Shown in pieces: positions 22,601-32,229 of a stretch of DNA of 64,000 nt. Made by a program: the position numbers and the translations under genes. Each line of letters opens with the position of its first letter. Position 1 is the first letter of the stretch. The DNA comes from Firmicutes bacterium CAG:103 (GTDB lineage Bacteria > Bacteroidota > Bacteroidia > Bacteroidales > Bacteroidaceae). Below the pieces are notes generated by a model that was not told the origin of the DNA, did no database searches, and saw only the letters and a list, made by a program, of their open reading frames with translations. The stretch is taken from contig CAVCDC010000001.1 of the NCBI GenBank assembly GCA_963600865.1, forward strand, positions 46,709 to 110,708. Reading direction: 5' to 3'.

Positions 22601-22874
22601 CCTGTTGCAGCGGGAGCATCCACTGTCTATAGGCGATGATGTGCAGGAATGCATCCGACAGAGAATCAAAGAAGGGTGTATGGTTCGTCTCCGTCCAGTG
22701 CTGATGACGGCATTGGTAGCATCTATGGGTTTTCTGCCCATGGCTTTTTCTCAAGGTGACGGTGCTGAGGTTCAGCGACCATTAGCTACGGTGGTCATTG
22801 GCGGTCTTGTCACGTCGACCCTCCTGACACTACTTGTCCTTCCTGCCGTCTATAAGACGTTTACCAAGGAATAG
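19683..22874 (+). CDS. CzcA/CusA-family heavy-metal efflux RND transporter
   Basis: PDITNNQVQV, GAIDFGMIVDSAVIIVE, GIEGKMFRPMA, RLRPVLMTA; GTG start. Confidence 0.95.
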   Translation: MFQKLITYSIHHKMVIGVLTIVLVAWGVWSLVNLPFDSTPDITNNQVQVITQAPSLGAQEVEQYVTTPVEMALANIPRIEERRSISRNGLSVITLVFDDDADIYWAREQVNQVLDQVKETLPKNADTDMGPIATALGEIYHYTVRAKKGYEDKYSLTQLRTIQDWIVRKQLSGTPGVAEVSGWGGYVKQYEVAVNTDRLNASNVTVGEIFEALQKNNANTGGSYIEHNSSQYYIRGIGVVNTMDDIANIPVKTVGGTPVKVGDVAKVQMGHATRFGAVTRNGEGEVVAGIAIMLKGENFQQVSRNVKARIEQIRKSLPEGVVIEPFIDRTDLVKRVEGTIARNLVEGGLIVIFVLVLFLGNWRAGMVVASVIPLSMLFAFGMMKAFGVDGNLMSLGAIDFGMIVDSAVIIVEAVVAHLRMKATGIGAQGAGTEMNVQSTETEKLEPRPLVLSRKEMDEEVHFSASRIRQSAAFGEIIIMIVYLPLMTLVGIEGKMFRPMALTVFFAILGAFILSLTYVPMASSLLLNRKVSVKATISDRLISKLQGIYRKVLDWVLAHSKDVITAAVALFCVTVVSFKFLGGEFIPSLEEGDFAVEMSMSQGTSLSQMVESCTKAEKLLMAQYPEVKQVVSRIGSAEIPTDPMPVERADIMIALKPKAEWTSAKSTAELMEKMEETLQTIPGLEAEISQPIQMRNNELLTGIKQDVAIKIYGADLEELTAQAEKVERLIKRVEGVSGITVEQVSGLPQIQVKYKHESMARYGISVEDVNQVLETTFAGGVAGVVFEGDKRFDIVLRIDQTDRSVEALHDLPIPLADGSRVPLSQIADIVYETAPAQISHEEGARRIYVGFNVKGRDVQSTVAEIESILDHKLQLPDGYYYQYGGEFQNLQSASRRLMMVVPIALVVILLLLYATVKNVRETLFVFSAVPLAAIGGVWALWFRGMPFSISAGVGFIALFGVAVLNGIVLIGQLNLLQREHPLSIGDDVQECIRQRIKEGCMVRLRPVLMTALVASMGFLPMAFSQGDGAEVQRPLATVVIGGLVTSTLLTLLVLPAVYKTFTKE

Positions 22875-22935
22875 AGAAGTAGGTGTTTCTGTGAACGCAG
22901 CAATACAGAGAGTGTATGATAACAAAAAACAAACG

Positions 22936-24195
22936 ATGAAAACAATGAAACGAACGGTAATATATATGATATTCATGTCCTGTGCGCTAACTGTTGTCGC
23001 ACAGGAAGAAGGAGGTGTAAAAAAGGAACGCAGTCTCACACTTGATGAGTGTGTGTCACTTGCCATGAAGCAGAATTATGATGTACTGCAGGCAGGCAAG
23101 TCTGTAGAGCGGTCCAAGTTGATGCAAGGGACAGCCTGGGATGTAGGGAAGACCGACCTGTCTTTATCGCAAGACCCCACGTCAGGAGGAAGTCCCGACA
23201 ACTCGCTTAGTTTGTCGCAGACCATCGACTTCCCGACTGTCTATATCTCACGTCGCAAGCATCTGAAGGCAGAAACAAGTGCCGAGGCGGCAAAAATGGA
23301 GATGACTCAGAAAGCGGTGGAGGCAGATGTAAGTAGTGCTTATTACCGCATTGTTTACGAAGAGGAGCGACTTCGCATATTCGCATTGCAAGACAGTCTG
23401 TTGCAACGCTTCTATGGAATCGCCGAGAAGCGTTACCGTGCTGGAGAGACGCGCCAGTTGGAGGTGCTCTCTGCAGAGCGTCTTTTGGGTGAGTGTAGGG
23501 CGGAGAAGGCTTCAGCCGAGAGCGATGCAGAAGAGGCACGTCTGTCCTTGTGCCGCTTGATAGGGAGCAGTGAACCGATTGTTCCAGCCGACAAGGTGTT
23601 AAGACCTGTCTCCTTTGTGACAGGGCAAGGCTTTAACTACCTGTCAACCCCCGAGGGGCGTTATGCAGACAAGTGTGTAGAGGTGGCAGACAAAGCCGTC
23701 GCAGTGGCGAAAAACGGTTATGCGCCGAGTTTGTCACTGTCTTTGCGCAACCAGTTGGTACTTAGTTCTTGGAATCCATACCATCAAGACCGTTCCCGTT
23801 TTGACGGTGGCAATTTCATGGGGTTTGAGGTAGGGGTTGGTATTCCTCTTTTCTATGGAGCCACCCGTGCAAAGGTGAAGGCTGCCAAGAAGGAGCGTGA
23901 AATGGCAGAACTTGAACTAAAGGCGCAAGGTCAGCGTAGAGAGAAAGAGTATGATGCGCTGTTGAGTCGCATCAATGCCTCTCGTGTCCGTGTGGAATAT
24001 TATACGGAGAAAGGATTGCAGACAGCAGAGAAACAAGTGTCACTTGCCGCCTTGGAGTATGAGGCTGGAGAGATAGGCTATATAGAATATGTAGATATCC
24101 TGCGGCAACACTTGGATGAGAGGTTGAAGGCAGCTTCTGCCGTTTCCGAATACAATGAGACCGTAGTGGAATTGAAGCGAATGATGCCGTATTAG
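22936..24195 (+). CDS. TolC/CzcC-family outer membrane efflux protein
   Basis: Signal peptide MKTMKRTVIY..VVA-QE; LTLDECV, RYRAGE, GIPLF, YEAGEI. Confidence 0.9.
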   Translation: MKTMKRTVIYMIFMSCALTVVAQEEGGVKKERSLTLDECVSLAMKQNYDVLQAGKSVERSKLMQGTAWDVGKTDLSLSQDPTSGGSPDNSLSLSQTIDFPTVYISRRKHLKAETSAEAAKMEMTQKAVEADVSSAYYRIVYEEERLRIFALQDSLLQRFYGIAEKRYRAGETRQLEVLSAERLLGECRAEKASAESDAEEARLSLCRLIGSSEPIVPADKVLRPVSFVTGQGFNYLSTPEGRYADKCVEVADKAVAVAKNGYAPSLSLSLRNQLVLSSWNPYHQDRSRFDGGNFMGFEVGVGIPLFYGATRAKVKAAKKEREMAELELKAQGQRREKEYDALLSRINASRVRVEYYTEKGLQTAEKQVSLAALEYEAGEIGYIEYVDILRQHLDERLKAASAVSEYNETVVELKRMMPY

Positions 24196-24220
24196 TGAGT
24201 AATGATGACCTTTCAGTCTT

Positions 24221-24796
24221 TTATTTTGCGGATGGTGCAATGGTAAGTTTTTCGAAGACAAACCGTGTTCCTTTGTTTCCGTCATACTTGGTTTCTCCGC
24301 AAAGGCAGAAACCCAAGGAGGAGAGAAGACTTACCATGGGCATGTTGTCATAGTTGGTGTCAACCTTGATACTTGGCACATGCTCTACTTCGCAAAGGCT
24401 GGCAGTCTTGTTGATGAATATCTTTGCATATCCCTCGCGCTGTAGTTCGGGAAGTGTGGCAAAACGATGGATGACATAGTAGTTGCCATTGGTCAACCAC
24501 TTTCCCTTGATGGTCTCATAGCGTGGTTCACCATTGAGGATGACAGCCCCATAGACCGCTATCTGGTTGTCTACGGTCAGCACGTGTGCAACGCCGTTGT
24601 TGATGTCGTCCAAGATGTCTTGTCTGGATGGGTAAAGCGGTGTCCATTGGTGGCGGTTGGAGGCTATCATCTGCTGGCGTGCCTCGTCAATGACCCTCCA
24701 GCAACCTTCAAAATCCTTCATGTAGGCGGGTCTGAAATCAATATTCATGCTAACTGTCTTCTCGTGTTGGTTTGGGTGTATTATCTCGTCCTGCAT
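24221..24796 (-). CDS. GNAT family N-acetyltransferase
   Basis: QWTPLYP, IHRFA..QREGYA (acetyl-CoA motif A), VDTNYDN..M..LGF. Confidence 0.85.
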   Translation of the reverse strand: MQDEIIHPNQHEKTVSMNIDFRPAYMKDFEGCWRVIDEARQQMIASNRHQWTPLYPSRQDILDDINNGVAHVLTVDNQIAVYGAVILNGEPRYETIKGKWLTNGNYYVIHRFATLPELQREGYAKIFINKTASLCEVEHVPSIKVDTNYDNMPMVSLLSSLGFCLCGETKYDGNKGTRFVFEKLTIAPSAK

Positions 24797-24929
24797 AGGA
24801 AACGAAGTAGTATTATCTCTCTATCGGATGCAAAATTAACAAAAAAAAACGAAATAAAACAAATAATCGGAGAAAAACTGCTTGATAAGTGTCAGTTTTT
24901 CTCCGATAAAAAGGGTTGGCGTATGTTTT

Positions 24930-26261
24930 TTAGTCAACTAAGCATTTGTCGAGTTCTTGGCAGATGGCATCTTTAGGCATGTGTTGTCCTATGAAGACAA
25001 TCTTTACCATTCTGTCACCAACCTTCTCGTCCCATTCCTTGCGCAACTGTTCCTCTCTTGCCAAGAGATCATCGAGTTGATCCTTGGGCATAGTTGCCAA
25101 CCATTGACCAGCCTGTTTCACAGTTTTCTGTTTGCCAGCCTGCTCGAAGACGTAGCACATGTCCCGTTCGTCGGCGAAGTAGCAGATACCTTTGGCACGG
25201 ACTACATCGCGTGGCCATTTTCTTGCCACAAACTCATCGAAGAGCCCCAGGTCGAATGGCTTCCTGCTGTAATAAACGAAGGTGCCGATTCCGTATTCCT
25301 CTGCCTCTCCTTCTTCATGGTCGTGGTGATGGTCATGATGGTGGTGGTGCTCATGGTCGTGATGATGATGTCCATGCTCATGCTCCTCATGCTCATGGTC
25401 TTGATGATGCTCATGGTGTTCATGCTCCTCATGTTCGTGATGGTGCTCATGTTCGTGATGGTGTTCATGTTCATGTTCATTGTGCTCATCTTCGTCCTCA
25501 TCATCCTCCTCATGCTCTTCTTTAGCCTTTCTTTCGGCTTCGATTTCCTGAATCCATCCTGCCGATGTGGCAACGGTGTTCCAGTCAAACTTATGAGTAT
25601 TGACGATTTTGTCGAGGTCGACATCACCATAGTTGCATTCGAATATTTCAGCCTTAGTCTGAAGTGCACGGATGATGGTCTTGAGCTTTTCCAACTTCTC
25701 TGGTTCCACATCGTCCACTTTGTTGAGCAGGATGATGTTGCAGAACTCGATCTGCTGGATGACGAGAGAAGCGAGGTCTTCCTCATCGATGTCTTTCTTC
25801 ATGAGTTCGTCGCCGCCACCAAATTCGTCTACCATGCGCAGGGCGTCCACGACGGTAACGATGCTGTCCAGACGGAGTATTCCATTCTTGATGTATTCTG
25901 GACCGAGAGAAGGTATGGAGCAGATGGTCTGTGCGATAGGGGCTGGTTCGCAGATGCCGCTTGCCTCGATGACGATATAATCGAACTTCTGCATGTCTAC
26001 GATTTCTTTGAGTTGTTCGACGAGATCCATCTTCAGTGTGCAGCAGATGCATCCGTTTTGCAGAGCCACGAGAGAGTCGTCCTTCTTTCCCACAACGCCA
26101 CCTTTCTCGATGAGTGCTGCGTCGATGTTGACTTCTCCGATGTCATTGACGATAACTGCGAACTTGATGCCTTTCTGATTGGCCAAGATTCTGTTAAGCA
26201 GTGTTGTCTTGCCGCTTCCCAAATAACCGGTCAGCAGCAGTACTGGAACTTCTTTTGTCAT
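24930..26261 (-). CDS. COG0523/CobW-family G3E GTPase (putative Zn metallochaperone) with long His/Glu linker
   Basis: TGYLGSGKTT, VNDIGE, NGCICC, IEASG, NKVD, RAKG, VFIG. Confidence 0.95.
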   Translation of the reverse strand: MTKEVPVLLLTGYLGSGKTTLLNRILANQKGIKFAVIVNDIGEVNIDAALIEKGGVVGKKDDSLVALQNGCICCTLKMDLVEQLKEIVDMQKFDYIVIEASGICEPAPIAQTICSIPSLGPEYIKNGILRLDSIVTVVDALRMVDEFGGGDELMKKDIDEEDLASLVIQQIEFCNIILLNKVDDVEPEKLEKLKTIIRALQTKAEIFECNYGDVDLDKIVNTHKFDWNTVATSAGWIQEIEAERKAKEEHEEDDEDEDEHNEHEHEHHHEHEHHHEHEEHEHHEHHQDHEHEEHEHGHHHHDHEHHHHHDHHHDHEEGEAEEYGIGTFVYYSRKPFDLGLFDEFVARKWPRDVVRAKGICYFADERDMCYVFEQAGKQKTVKQAGQWLATMPKDQLDDLLAREEQLRKEWDEKVGDRMVKIVFIGQHMPKDAICQELDKCLVD

Positions 26262-26339
26262 TTTACAATCCTTTCTTATTATGTGGGGGCATGTATTCCC
26301 ACCTTATTATATATATAGGTGGGTATGTCCCTACTTCTT

Positions 26340-28412
26340 TTATTTCTTAAAGTTGTCAAGAGCTGCGTCGAGGAACGCTGAGTATGCTTGGGTGTCCTCT
26401 TTGTAGCTGAAGGCGGAGTTGAGCGGTTTGGCGTTGTTGTCCACGGCCACATAGAAGGGCTGTGCGTTGGCACCGAACTTGCTTGCCTGCAGATAGCTCC
26501 ACTTGTCGCCGACGGTGCGCAAGGTTCTCTTCTCTCCATTGAAGGTCACTTCTATGGGTGATGCGAGAGGTGTCTTGTCATCTACATATAGGGAGATGAG
26601 TACGAAGTCTTTCGTCAGTTTTTGTGCGATGGTGGGGTCTGTCCATACGGAAGCCTCCATCTTACGGCAATTGACGCAACCAAATCCGGTGAAGTCTATC
26701 AGTACAGGTTTCCCTTGTGCCTTGGCGGCAGCCATACCCGTCTCATAGTCTCTGTAGGCTGGTTCCACCACCTTGTTGTTAAGGTTGAAGTCTTGTGTGT
26801 TCACTGGTGGTGCGAAGGCACTTACCGCCTTGCATGGAGCACCCCACAGACCAGGAACCATATAGATGGCGAACGCCAATGAACAGAGTCCGGCAAGGAT
26901 GCAGGGTACTGGCATGGGCTTGTCTATTTCTCCTCCGATAGCATCTACCTGGAATTTCAGTTTGCCTATGAGGTAGAGTCCCAAAGCACCGAAGATGACG
27001 ATCCACAGTGAGAGGAACACCTCTCTGTCCAAGATATGCCATCCATAGGCAAGGTCGGCTACCGAGAGGAACTTGAGTGAGAATGCGAGTTCTACGAAAC
27101 CGAGTACGATCTTTATCGTCTCCATCCATGAGCCTGATTTGGGGGCAGACTTAAGCCATGAAGGGAAGAGGGCGAACAAGGTAAAGGGCAATGCCAAGGC
27201 GAGTGCAAATCCGAACATGCCGATGGTCGGTGCAAGCCAGTCGCCAGAGGTTACCGTCTGTACCAACAGGAGTCCGATGATAGGAGCTGTGCACGAGAAG
27301 GAGACGAGCACGAGTGTGAATGCCATGAGGAAGATGGAGATGAGACCGGTGGTTGCCGATGCCTTGCTGTCTACTGCGTTGCCCCAACTGTCAGGCAGTT
27401 TTATTTCGAACCATCCGAAGAAGGAACATGCGAAGACTGCGAGGAGCAGGAAGAGGATGATGTTGAACACGGCACTTGTAGACAGTTCGTTGAGCTTGCT
27501 CGGCCCGAATATGGCAGTGACCAACAGTCCTAATCCCAAGTAGATGATGACGATGGACAGTCCGTAGGTGATGGCATCACGTATACCTTTCTTCTTGTCG
27601 TCCTTCGCACGTTTCAAGAAGAAACTTACGGTCATGGGGATGATGGGCCAGATGCAAGGCATGACGAGAGCGAGCAGTCCGCCTACGAGTCCCATCAGGA
27701 AGATGTATATGAGAGAGTGGCTTGCGATGTCTCCTGTGCCCCCGAAACTTTGCAGTTCCTTGATGACGGGCTTCCAAAGCATGTCGTTGTCAATGCTTGT
27801 GTTCGCTGTGGCAAGCATGGTGGAGTCTGCCGTTGCCGAAGAGTCGCTGTTGGCAAGGTCTTCTTTGGCAATTTCCAGTGCCTTGTCAGTATTCTCTTGG
27901 CTGTTGTCTGCTTGTTCCGTGGCGCTTGCCGCTGTTTTCCCGGCAGGAGCCTCTACAGCTGGCGAGTTACCTTGTTGCTTGAATGTCACCTCACTGGGGG
28001 GCAGACAACTCTCGTCGTTGCAAGCACCATATTCGAGATAGGCATCGATGACGTACTTTGGTGCTGTAAACTTGATTTTCTGAACGAAGGTGGCACTGTT
28101 CTCGAAGAAGCGCAACTTCATTCCGAAGAGGTTGTCGTACTTGGATATCTCGTTGCCGCGTGCCTGCAACTTGCCTACCAGTTCCACACCCTCCAATTTC
28201 GTCGTGTTGAAAGAGGCTGAGATAGGACCGTCGCTGCCTAATCCTGTAGAATAGACATGCCAGCCTGGTTGAATCTTTCCGTTGAATACAATCTCTGCTT
28301 CTGCAGTCCCGTTGGTCTTCAGTTGTGAGGAGAATTTCACGGGGTTCAGCATCTGTGCTTGTGTCATCAGCACAACCAACAACAGTTGGAGTGCGAGTAG
28401 TGCTCTTTTCAT
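26340..28412 (-). CDS. dsbD: DsbD-like thiol:disulfide interchange protein
   Basis: N-domain ACNDESCLPP, TM domain MPCIWP...FSCTAP, thioredoxin domain DFTGFGCVNC; start corrected to MKRALL; promoter TACCTTTG at 28460-28453. Confidence 0.9.
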   Translation of the reverse strand: MKRALLALQLLLVVLMTQAQMLNPVKFSSQLKTNGTAEAEIVFNGKIQPGWHVYSTGLGSDGPISASFNTTKLEGVELVGKLQARGNEISKYDNLFGMKLRFFENSATFVQKIKFTAPKYVIDAYLEYGACNDESCLPPSEVTFKQQGNSPAVEAPAGKTAASATEQADNSQENTDKALEIAKEDLANSDSSATADSTMLATANTSIDNDMLWKPVIKELQSFGGTGDIASHSLIYIFLMGLVGGLLALVMPCIWPIIPMTVSFFLKRAKDDKKKGIRDAITYGLSIVIIYLGLGLLVTAIFGPSKLNELSTSAVFNIILFLLLAVFACSFFGWFEIKLPDSWGNAVDSKASATTGLISIFLMAFTLVLVSFSCTAPIIGLLLVQTVTSGDWLAPTIGMFGFALALALPFTLFALFPSWLKSAPKSGSWMETIKIVLGFVELAFSLKFLSVADLAYGWHILDREVFLSLWIVIFGALGLYLIGKLKFQVDAIGGEIDKPMPVPCILAGLCSLAFAIYMVPGLWGAPCKAVSAFAPPVNTQDFNLNNKVVEPAYRDYETGMAAAKAQGKPVLIDFTGFGCVNCRKMEASVWTDPTIAQKLTKDFVLISLYVDDKTPLASPIEVTFNGEKRTLRTVGDKWSYLQASKFGANAQPFYVAVDNNAKPLNSAFSYKEDTQAYSAFLDAALDNFKK

Positions 28413-28693
28413 TCTTGTTTTCTTGCTTGAATAACTTGTTTCTATTATTTTGCAAAGGTACAAGAAAAATATGGAATGACCAAAGTTTCTCTTCCCTAAT
28501 GTACTTTCAGTGCTGATTTCCACTACAATCCCATCAACTTTTCCTCTTCCGTAGCTTCTTGCCTTCTCCTGTCCCGCCATTATGTCTCCAAAATTTGGTC
28601 ATGTCTGAAAAAAACAGTAACTTTGCCGCCGATATGGCAATCATCCCCTTGGGGGATTTGCTGAATGCATTATTGATTACTAACATTAGGAAA

Positions 28694-29809
28694 ATGGAAA
28701 ACGAAAATAACAGGCGCGTCAAGAAGATTGTGCTGACAGGAGGACCGTGTGCCGGTAAGACGACAGCATTGGTCAAGATCATGGAGCACTTCTCCAGCAT
28801 AGGCTATAAGGTGTTTACTATTCCCGAGGTGCCTACGATGTTCACACAGGCGGGTATGAATTACCTCACAGACAATCATGCCTACTTCGTCGAGGGCGAG
28901 AAGGCTACCCTGCAGACGCAACTCCTGTTGGAAGATAGTTTCGAGCGGATGGCATCCCACTTGGACAGTCCTGTGCTCATCGTCTGCGACAGGGGTACCA
29001 TGGACATCTCTGCTTATGTCCCTGAGGATATCTGGGAAGGCATCGTTGCCGAATTAGGCTATACGTCTGTGCAGTTGAGGGAGAAACGCTATGACGCCGT
29101 GCTCCACCTTGTGTCTGCCGCCGATGGAGCAGAGCAGTTCTATACCACGAGCAATAATGCCCAACGCCTTGAGCAGGCTAACGAGGAGGGCTTGCGCATA
29201 GCGCGCCGTCTTGACAAGAAGATTATCATGGCGTGGACGGGACATCCCCATCTGCGAGTCATCAACAACCATGAGGACTTCAACAACAAGATGAACCGCG
29301 TGCTGAAGGAAATCAACAGTGTGCTCGGACTGCCGCAGCCTGTTGAGGAGGAGCGCAAGTATATCGTCCGCCTTGCTGGTGAGGTGGAGGGTGGTATCCA
29401 TAGCGACATTGTGCAGACTTATCTCACGTCGAGTCCTGACTGCGAGGTTCGTCTGCGCCAGAACACCATGGACGGGAAGTGTGTCTATGTGCACACTACC
29501 AAGAAGAGGGTGCCCGGCAACGAACAGGTAGAGACGGAGAGGCAGATAAGCAAGAATCTTTATGAGTCGCTGTTGCAGCAGGCTGACCCTTATCGCGTCA
29601 CCATACACAAGCACCGTGTGAGCTTCATCTGGCGTGGACAGTATTTCGAACTCGATGAGTTTCTTGTGCCAGACAAGGGACTGATGATTCTTGAAACAAA
29701 GGGTATTGCTGAGCACGAAGATGTCAATTTCCCGCCCTTTATAGAGGTGGTGGAAGACATTACGGGCAATCTGCGCTACTATAACTATAATATTGCGTTG
29801 AACAAATAG
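28694..29809 (+). CDS. AAA_28 (NadR/Ttd14-like) P-loop NTPase fused to CYTH-like domain
   Basis: IVLTGGPCAGKTT, VCDRGTMD, YDAVLHL; C-terminal EEERKY, EVRLR, FELDEF, ILE; promoter TAACTTTG at 28618. Confidence 0.85.
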   Translation: MENENNRRVKKIVLTGGPCAGKTTALVKIMEHFSSIGYKVFTIPEVPTMFTQAGMNYLTDNHAYFVEGEKATLQTQLLLEDSFERMASHLDSPVLIVCDRGTMDISAYVPEDIWEGIVAELGYTSVQLREKRYDAVLHLVSAADGAEQFYTTSNNAQRLEQANEEGLRIARRLDKKIIMAWTGHPHLRVINNHEDFNNKMNRVLKEINSVLGLPQPVEEERKYIVRLAGEVEGGIHSDIVQTYLTSSPDCEVRLRQNTMDGKCVYVHTTKKRVPGNEQVETERQISKNLYESLLQQADPYRVTIHKHRVSFIWRGQYFELDEFLVPDKGLMILETKGIAEHEDVNFPPFIEVVEDITGNLRYYNYNIALNK

Positions 29810-29932
29810 TGCCAACCATGCGGTGGTGGTTCGCCGCATGGTCACAATAGGACTATGTCAACATGGTCTGCATAGTCGGCAATATCCTTTGCCTGGAAAG
29901 GTAGAAAGGGTGAGGATAACTTCAAGAGAATA

Positions 29933-31438
29933 ATGAACAAATACTTGATACGAAACTTATTGTACGCTGTACTCCTTGTTGTTACGGCATTTGTCTTGAA
30001 TTCATGCGGTAGTGGCGAGGAGCATCCTGTCAGTCGTCTCTCCGACTTGCGTGGGGCGAGGATAGGTGTGCAACTCGGTACCACCAATGATGTGCAGGCT
30101 TCACGCCTTGAGACGAAAGATGACGGCACGCGTGTGGAGCGTTTCACGAAGAGCGCCGATGCAGTCCAGGCATTGCGCCAGGGTAAGATAGACTGTATGA
30201 TAGAAGACCTGCAGCCTGCCAAGGCGTTCCTGCGCAACAATCCTACGCTTCGCATACTGCCTGAGGTGTTCAGTTCTTCGGATATTGCCGTCTGTGTGGC
30301 GCAAGGCAATGAACGGCTTCTCGCAGACATCAACAGAACTATTGTGCAACTCAAGAACGACGGTACGATAGACAGTATTGTGGCACGGCATATAGACCGA
30401 GGAATGGCTGTGGCTTATCACTCCAAATTGTCTGCTGAGACACCCCGAAAGGGAACCCTGTCCTTCTCTACGAATGCTGCTTTTGAACCGTTCGAATATT
30501 ATTCGAATGGTAATATAGTGGGCATTGACATCGATGTGGCGCGTGCTGTCTGCGACTGCCTCGACATGGATCTGAAGATTGTCGACATGGAGTTTGATGC
30601 TGTAATTACCTCTGTGCAGACTGGTAAGGCTGATGCTGCCATCTCCGGACTTACCATCACGGAAGAGCGCAAGAAGAATGTCCATTTCTCGGTTCCCTAT
30701 ACCGACGTGAAGCAGGTAGTCATCGTGCGGACTGGTGAGGTTGTCTCTGAGGGGCAGAGTATCATGGAGAAGTTCCGTGCCTGTTTCGTTACAGGACAAC
30801 GTTATCAGTATCTGTTGAAAGGTCTCGGCAATACGCTTGTCATCACGTTCTTTGCCTTGTTGCTCTCACTTGCGTTGGGTACGATAATCGCCATTGTGCG
30901 TTCCACACACGAGCGTAATGGTAACCTCCGACTGCTCAATTTCCTCTGTCAGATCTATCTCTCCGTCATCCGTGGTACTCCGTCCATGGTGCAGCTGCTT
31001 ATTATATATTATGTGGTGTTCGCTTCTGCCGATGTCAATAAGGTTGTGGTTGCCATCACAGCATTCGGACTCAACAGCGCTGCGTATATGGCGGAGGTGG
31101 TTCGCTCGGGCATCATGTCGGTGAGCCAAGGACAGATGGAGGCGGGGAGAAGTCTCGGATTGTCGTATGCCCAAACCATGCGCTTCGTGATCCTGCCACA
31201 GGCTTTCAAGAATGTCTTGCCTGCCATGGGCAACGAGTGTATTACCCTGCTCAAGGAGACTTCCATTAGCGGTTACATCGGACTGGTAGACCTTACCAAG
31301 GGTTCTGACATCATACGTAGCGTGACCTATGATGCCATGATGCCGTTGGGCATGGTGGCGATTATCTATCTGCTTCTCGTACTCGCCCTCTCTGCTGGGG
31401 TTTCTCGTATAGAGAAACGTCTTGCCAAGACGAAATGA
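29933..31438 (+). CDS. polar amino-acid ABC transporter, fused substrate-binding domain plus permease (GlnP-like)
   Basis: Lipobox LNSC; SBP_bac_3 motifs (FEPFEY, GIDID, TITEERK); permease motifs [26 protein letters not shown]. Confidence 0.92.
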   Translation: MNKYLIRNLLYAVLLVVTAFVLNSCGSGEEHPVSRLSDLRGARIGVQLGTTNDVQASRLETKDDGTRVERFTKSADAVQALRQGKIDCMIEDLQPAKAFLRNNPTLRILPEVFSSSDIAVCVAQGNERLLADINRTIVQLKNDGTIDSIVARHIDRGMAVAYHSKLSAETPRKGTLSFSTNAAFEPFEYYSNGNIVGIDIDVARAVCDCLDMDLKIVDMEFDAVITSVQTGKADAAISGLTITEERKKNVHFSVPYTDVKQVVIVRTGEVVSEGQSIMEKFRACFVTGQRYQYLLKGLGNTLVITFFALLLSLALGTIIAIVRSTHERNGNLRLLNFLCQIYLSVIRGTPSMVQLLIIYYVVFASADVNKVVVAITAFGLNSAAYMAEVVRSGIMSVSQGQMEAGRSLGLSYAQTMRFVILPQAFKNVLPAMGNECITLLKETSISGYIGLVDLTKGSDIIRSVTYDAMMPLGMVAIIYLLLVLALSAGVSRIEKRLAKTK

Positions 31439-32229
31439 TGTGTGAGGGAAAACTTGAAAACGACCTAATTTACAAAGACATGCAAACCAACGGTACTGGT
31501 GACATAATCATAGAGGTAAAGAATCTCTGTAAGAGTTTTGGTGGCAATCAGGTGCTGCACGATATTTCCTTGCAAATCAAGCGCGGTGAGGTGATTGCCA
31601 TCATTGGTCCTTCGGGGTGTGGCAAGAGTACTTTCCTGCGCTCCATCAACCTGTTGGAACAGCCTGACAGTGGACAGGTCTTCATGGATGGCACAGACAT
31701 CGTTTCGCATCATGTCGATATCAATAAGGTGCGACAGCGTATAGGTATGGTGTTTCAGCAGTTCAACCTTTTCCCCAACATGACGATCAAGAGCAATATT
31801 ATGCTTGCCCCTGTGGAGTTGGGGAAGATGTCAAGTGAAGAGGCATCGCAACGTGCCGATGAACTCCTCCAGCGCATCGGGTTGGCAGACAAGGCAGATG
31901 CCTATCCTTCAAGTTTGTCGGGTGGACAGCAACAGCGCATCGCCATCATCAGAGCACTTGCCATGCAGCCTGACGTGATGCTGTTTGATGAACCGACATC
32001 TGCGCTCGACCCGGAGATGGTGGGGGAGGTGCTCTCTCTGATGAAGGGCGTGGCAACAGCGGGAATGACGATGGTCGTGGTGACCCATGAGATGGCTTTT
32101 GCCCGCGAAGTGGCAACGCGTGTGCTCTTCTTCTCCGACGGGCGTATCACAGAGGAGGGTACACCGCAACAGATATTTGAGCATCCACAGACACAACGCC
32201 TGCAGGAGTTCTTAGGAAAAGTGCTTTAG
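31435..32229 (+). CDS. polar amino-acid ABC transporter ATP-binding subunit (GlnQ-like)
   Basis: [41 protein letters not shown]; start 31435 or 31480. Confidence 0.95.
   Translation: MMCEGKLENDLIYKDMQTNGTGDIIIEVKNLCKSFGGNQVLHDISLQIKRGEVIAIIGPSGCGKSTFLRSINLLEQPDSGQVFMDGTDIVSHHVDINKVRQRIGMVFQQFNLFPNMTIKSNIMLAPVELGKMSSEEASQRADELLQRIGLADKADAYPSSLSGGQQQRIAIIRALAMQPDVMLFDEPTSALDPEMVGEVLSLMKGVATAGMTMVVVTHEMAFAREVATRVLFFSDGRITEEGTPQQIFEHPQTQRLQEFLGKVL

Noticed and set aside
24957..26318. 453-aa plus-strand ORF with Met/Val/Leu-rich stretch
   Set aside because: Antisense shadow of the COG0523 gene; the hydrophobic run is the reverse complement of His/Glu codons.
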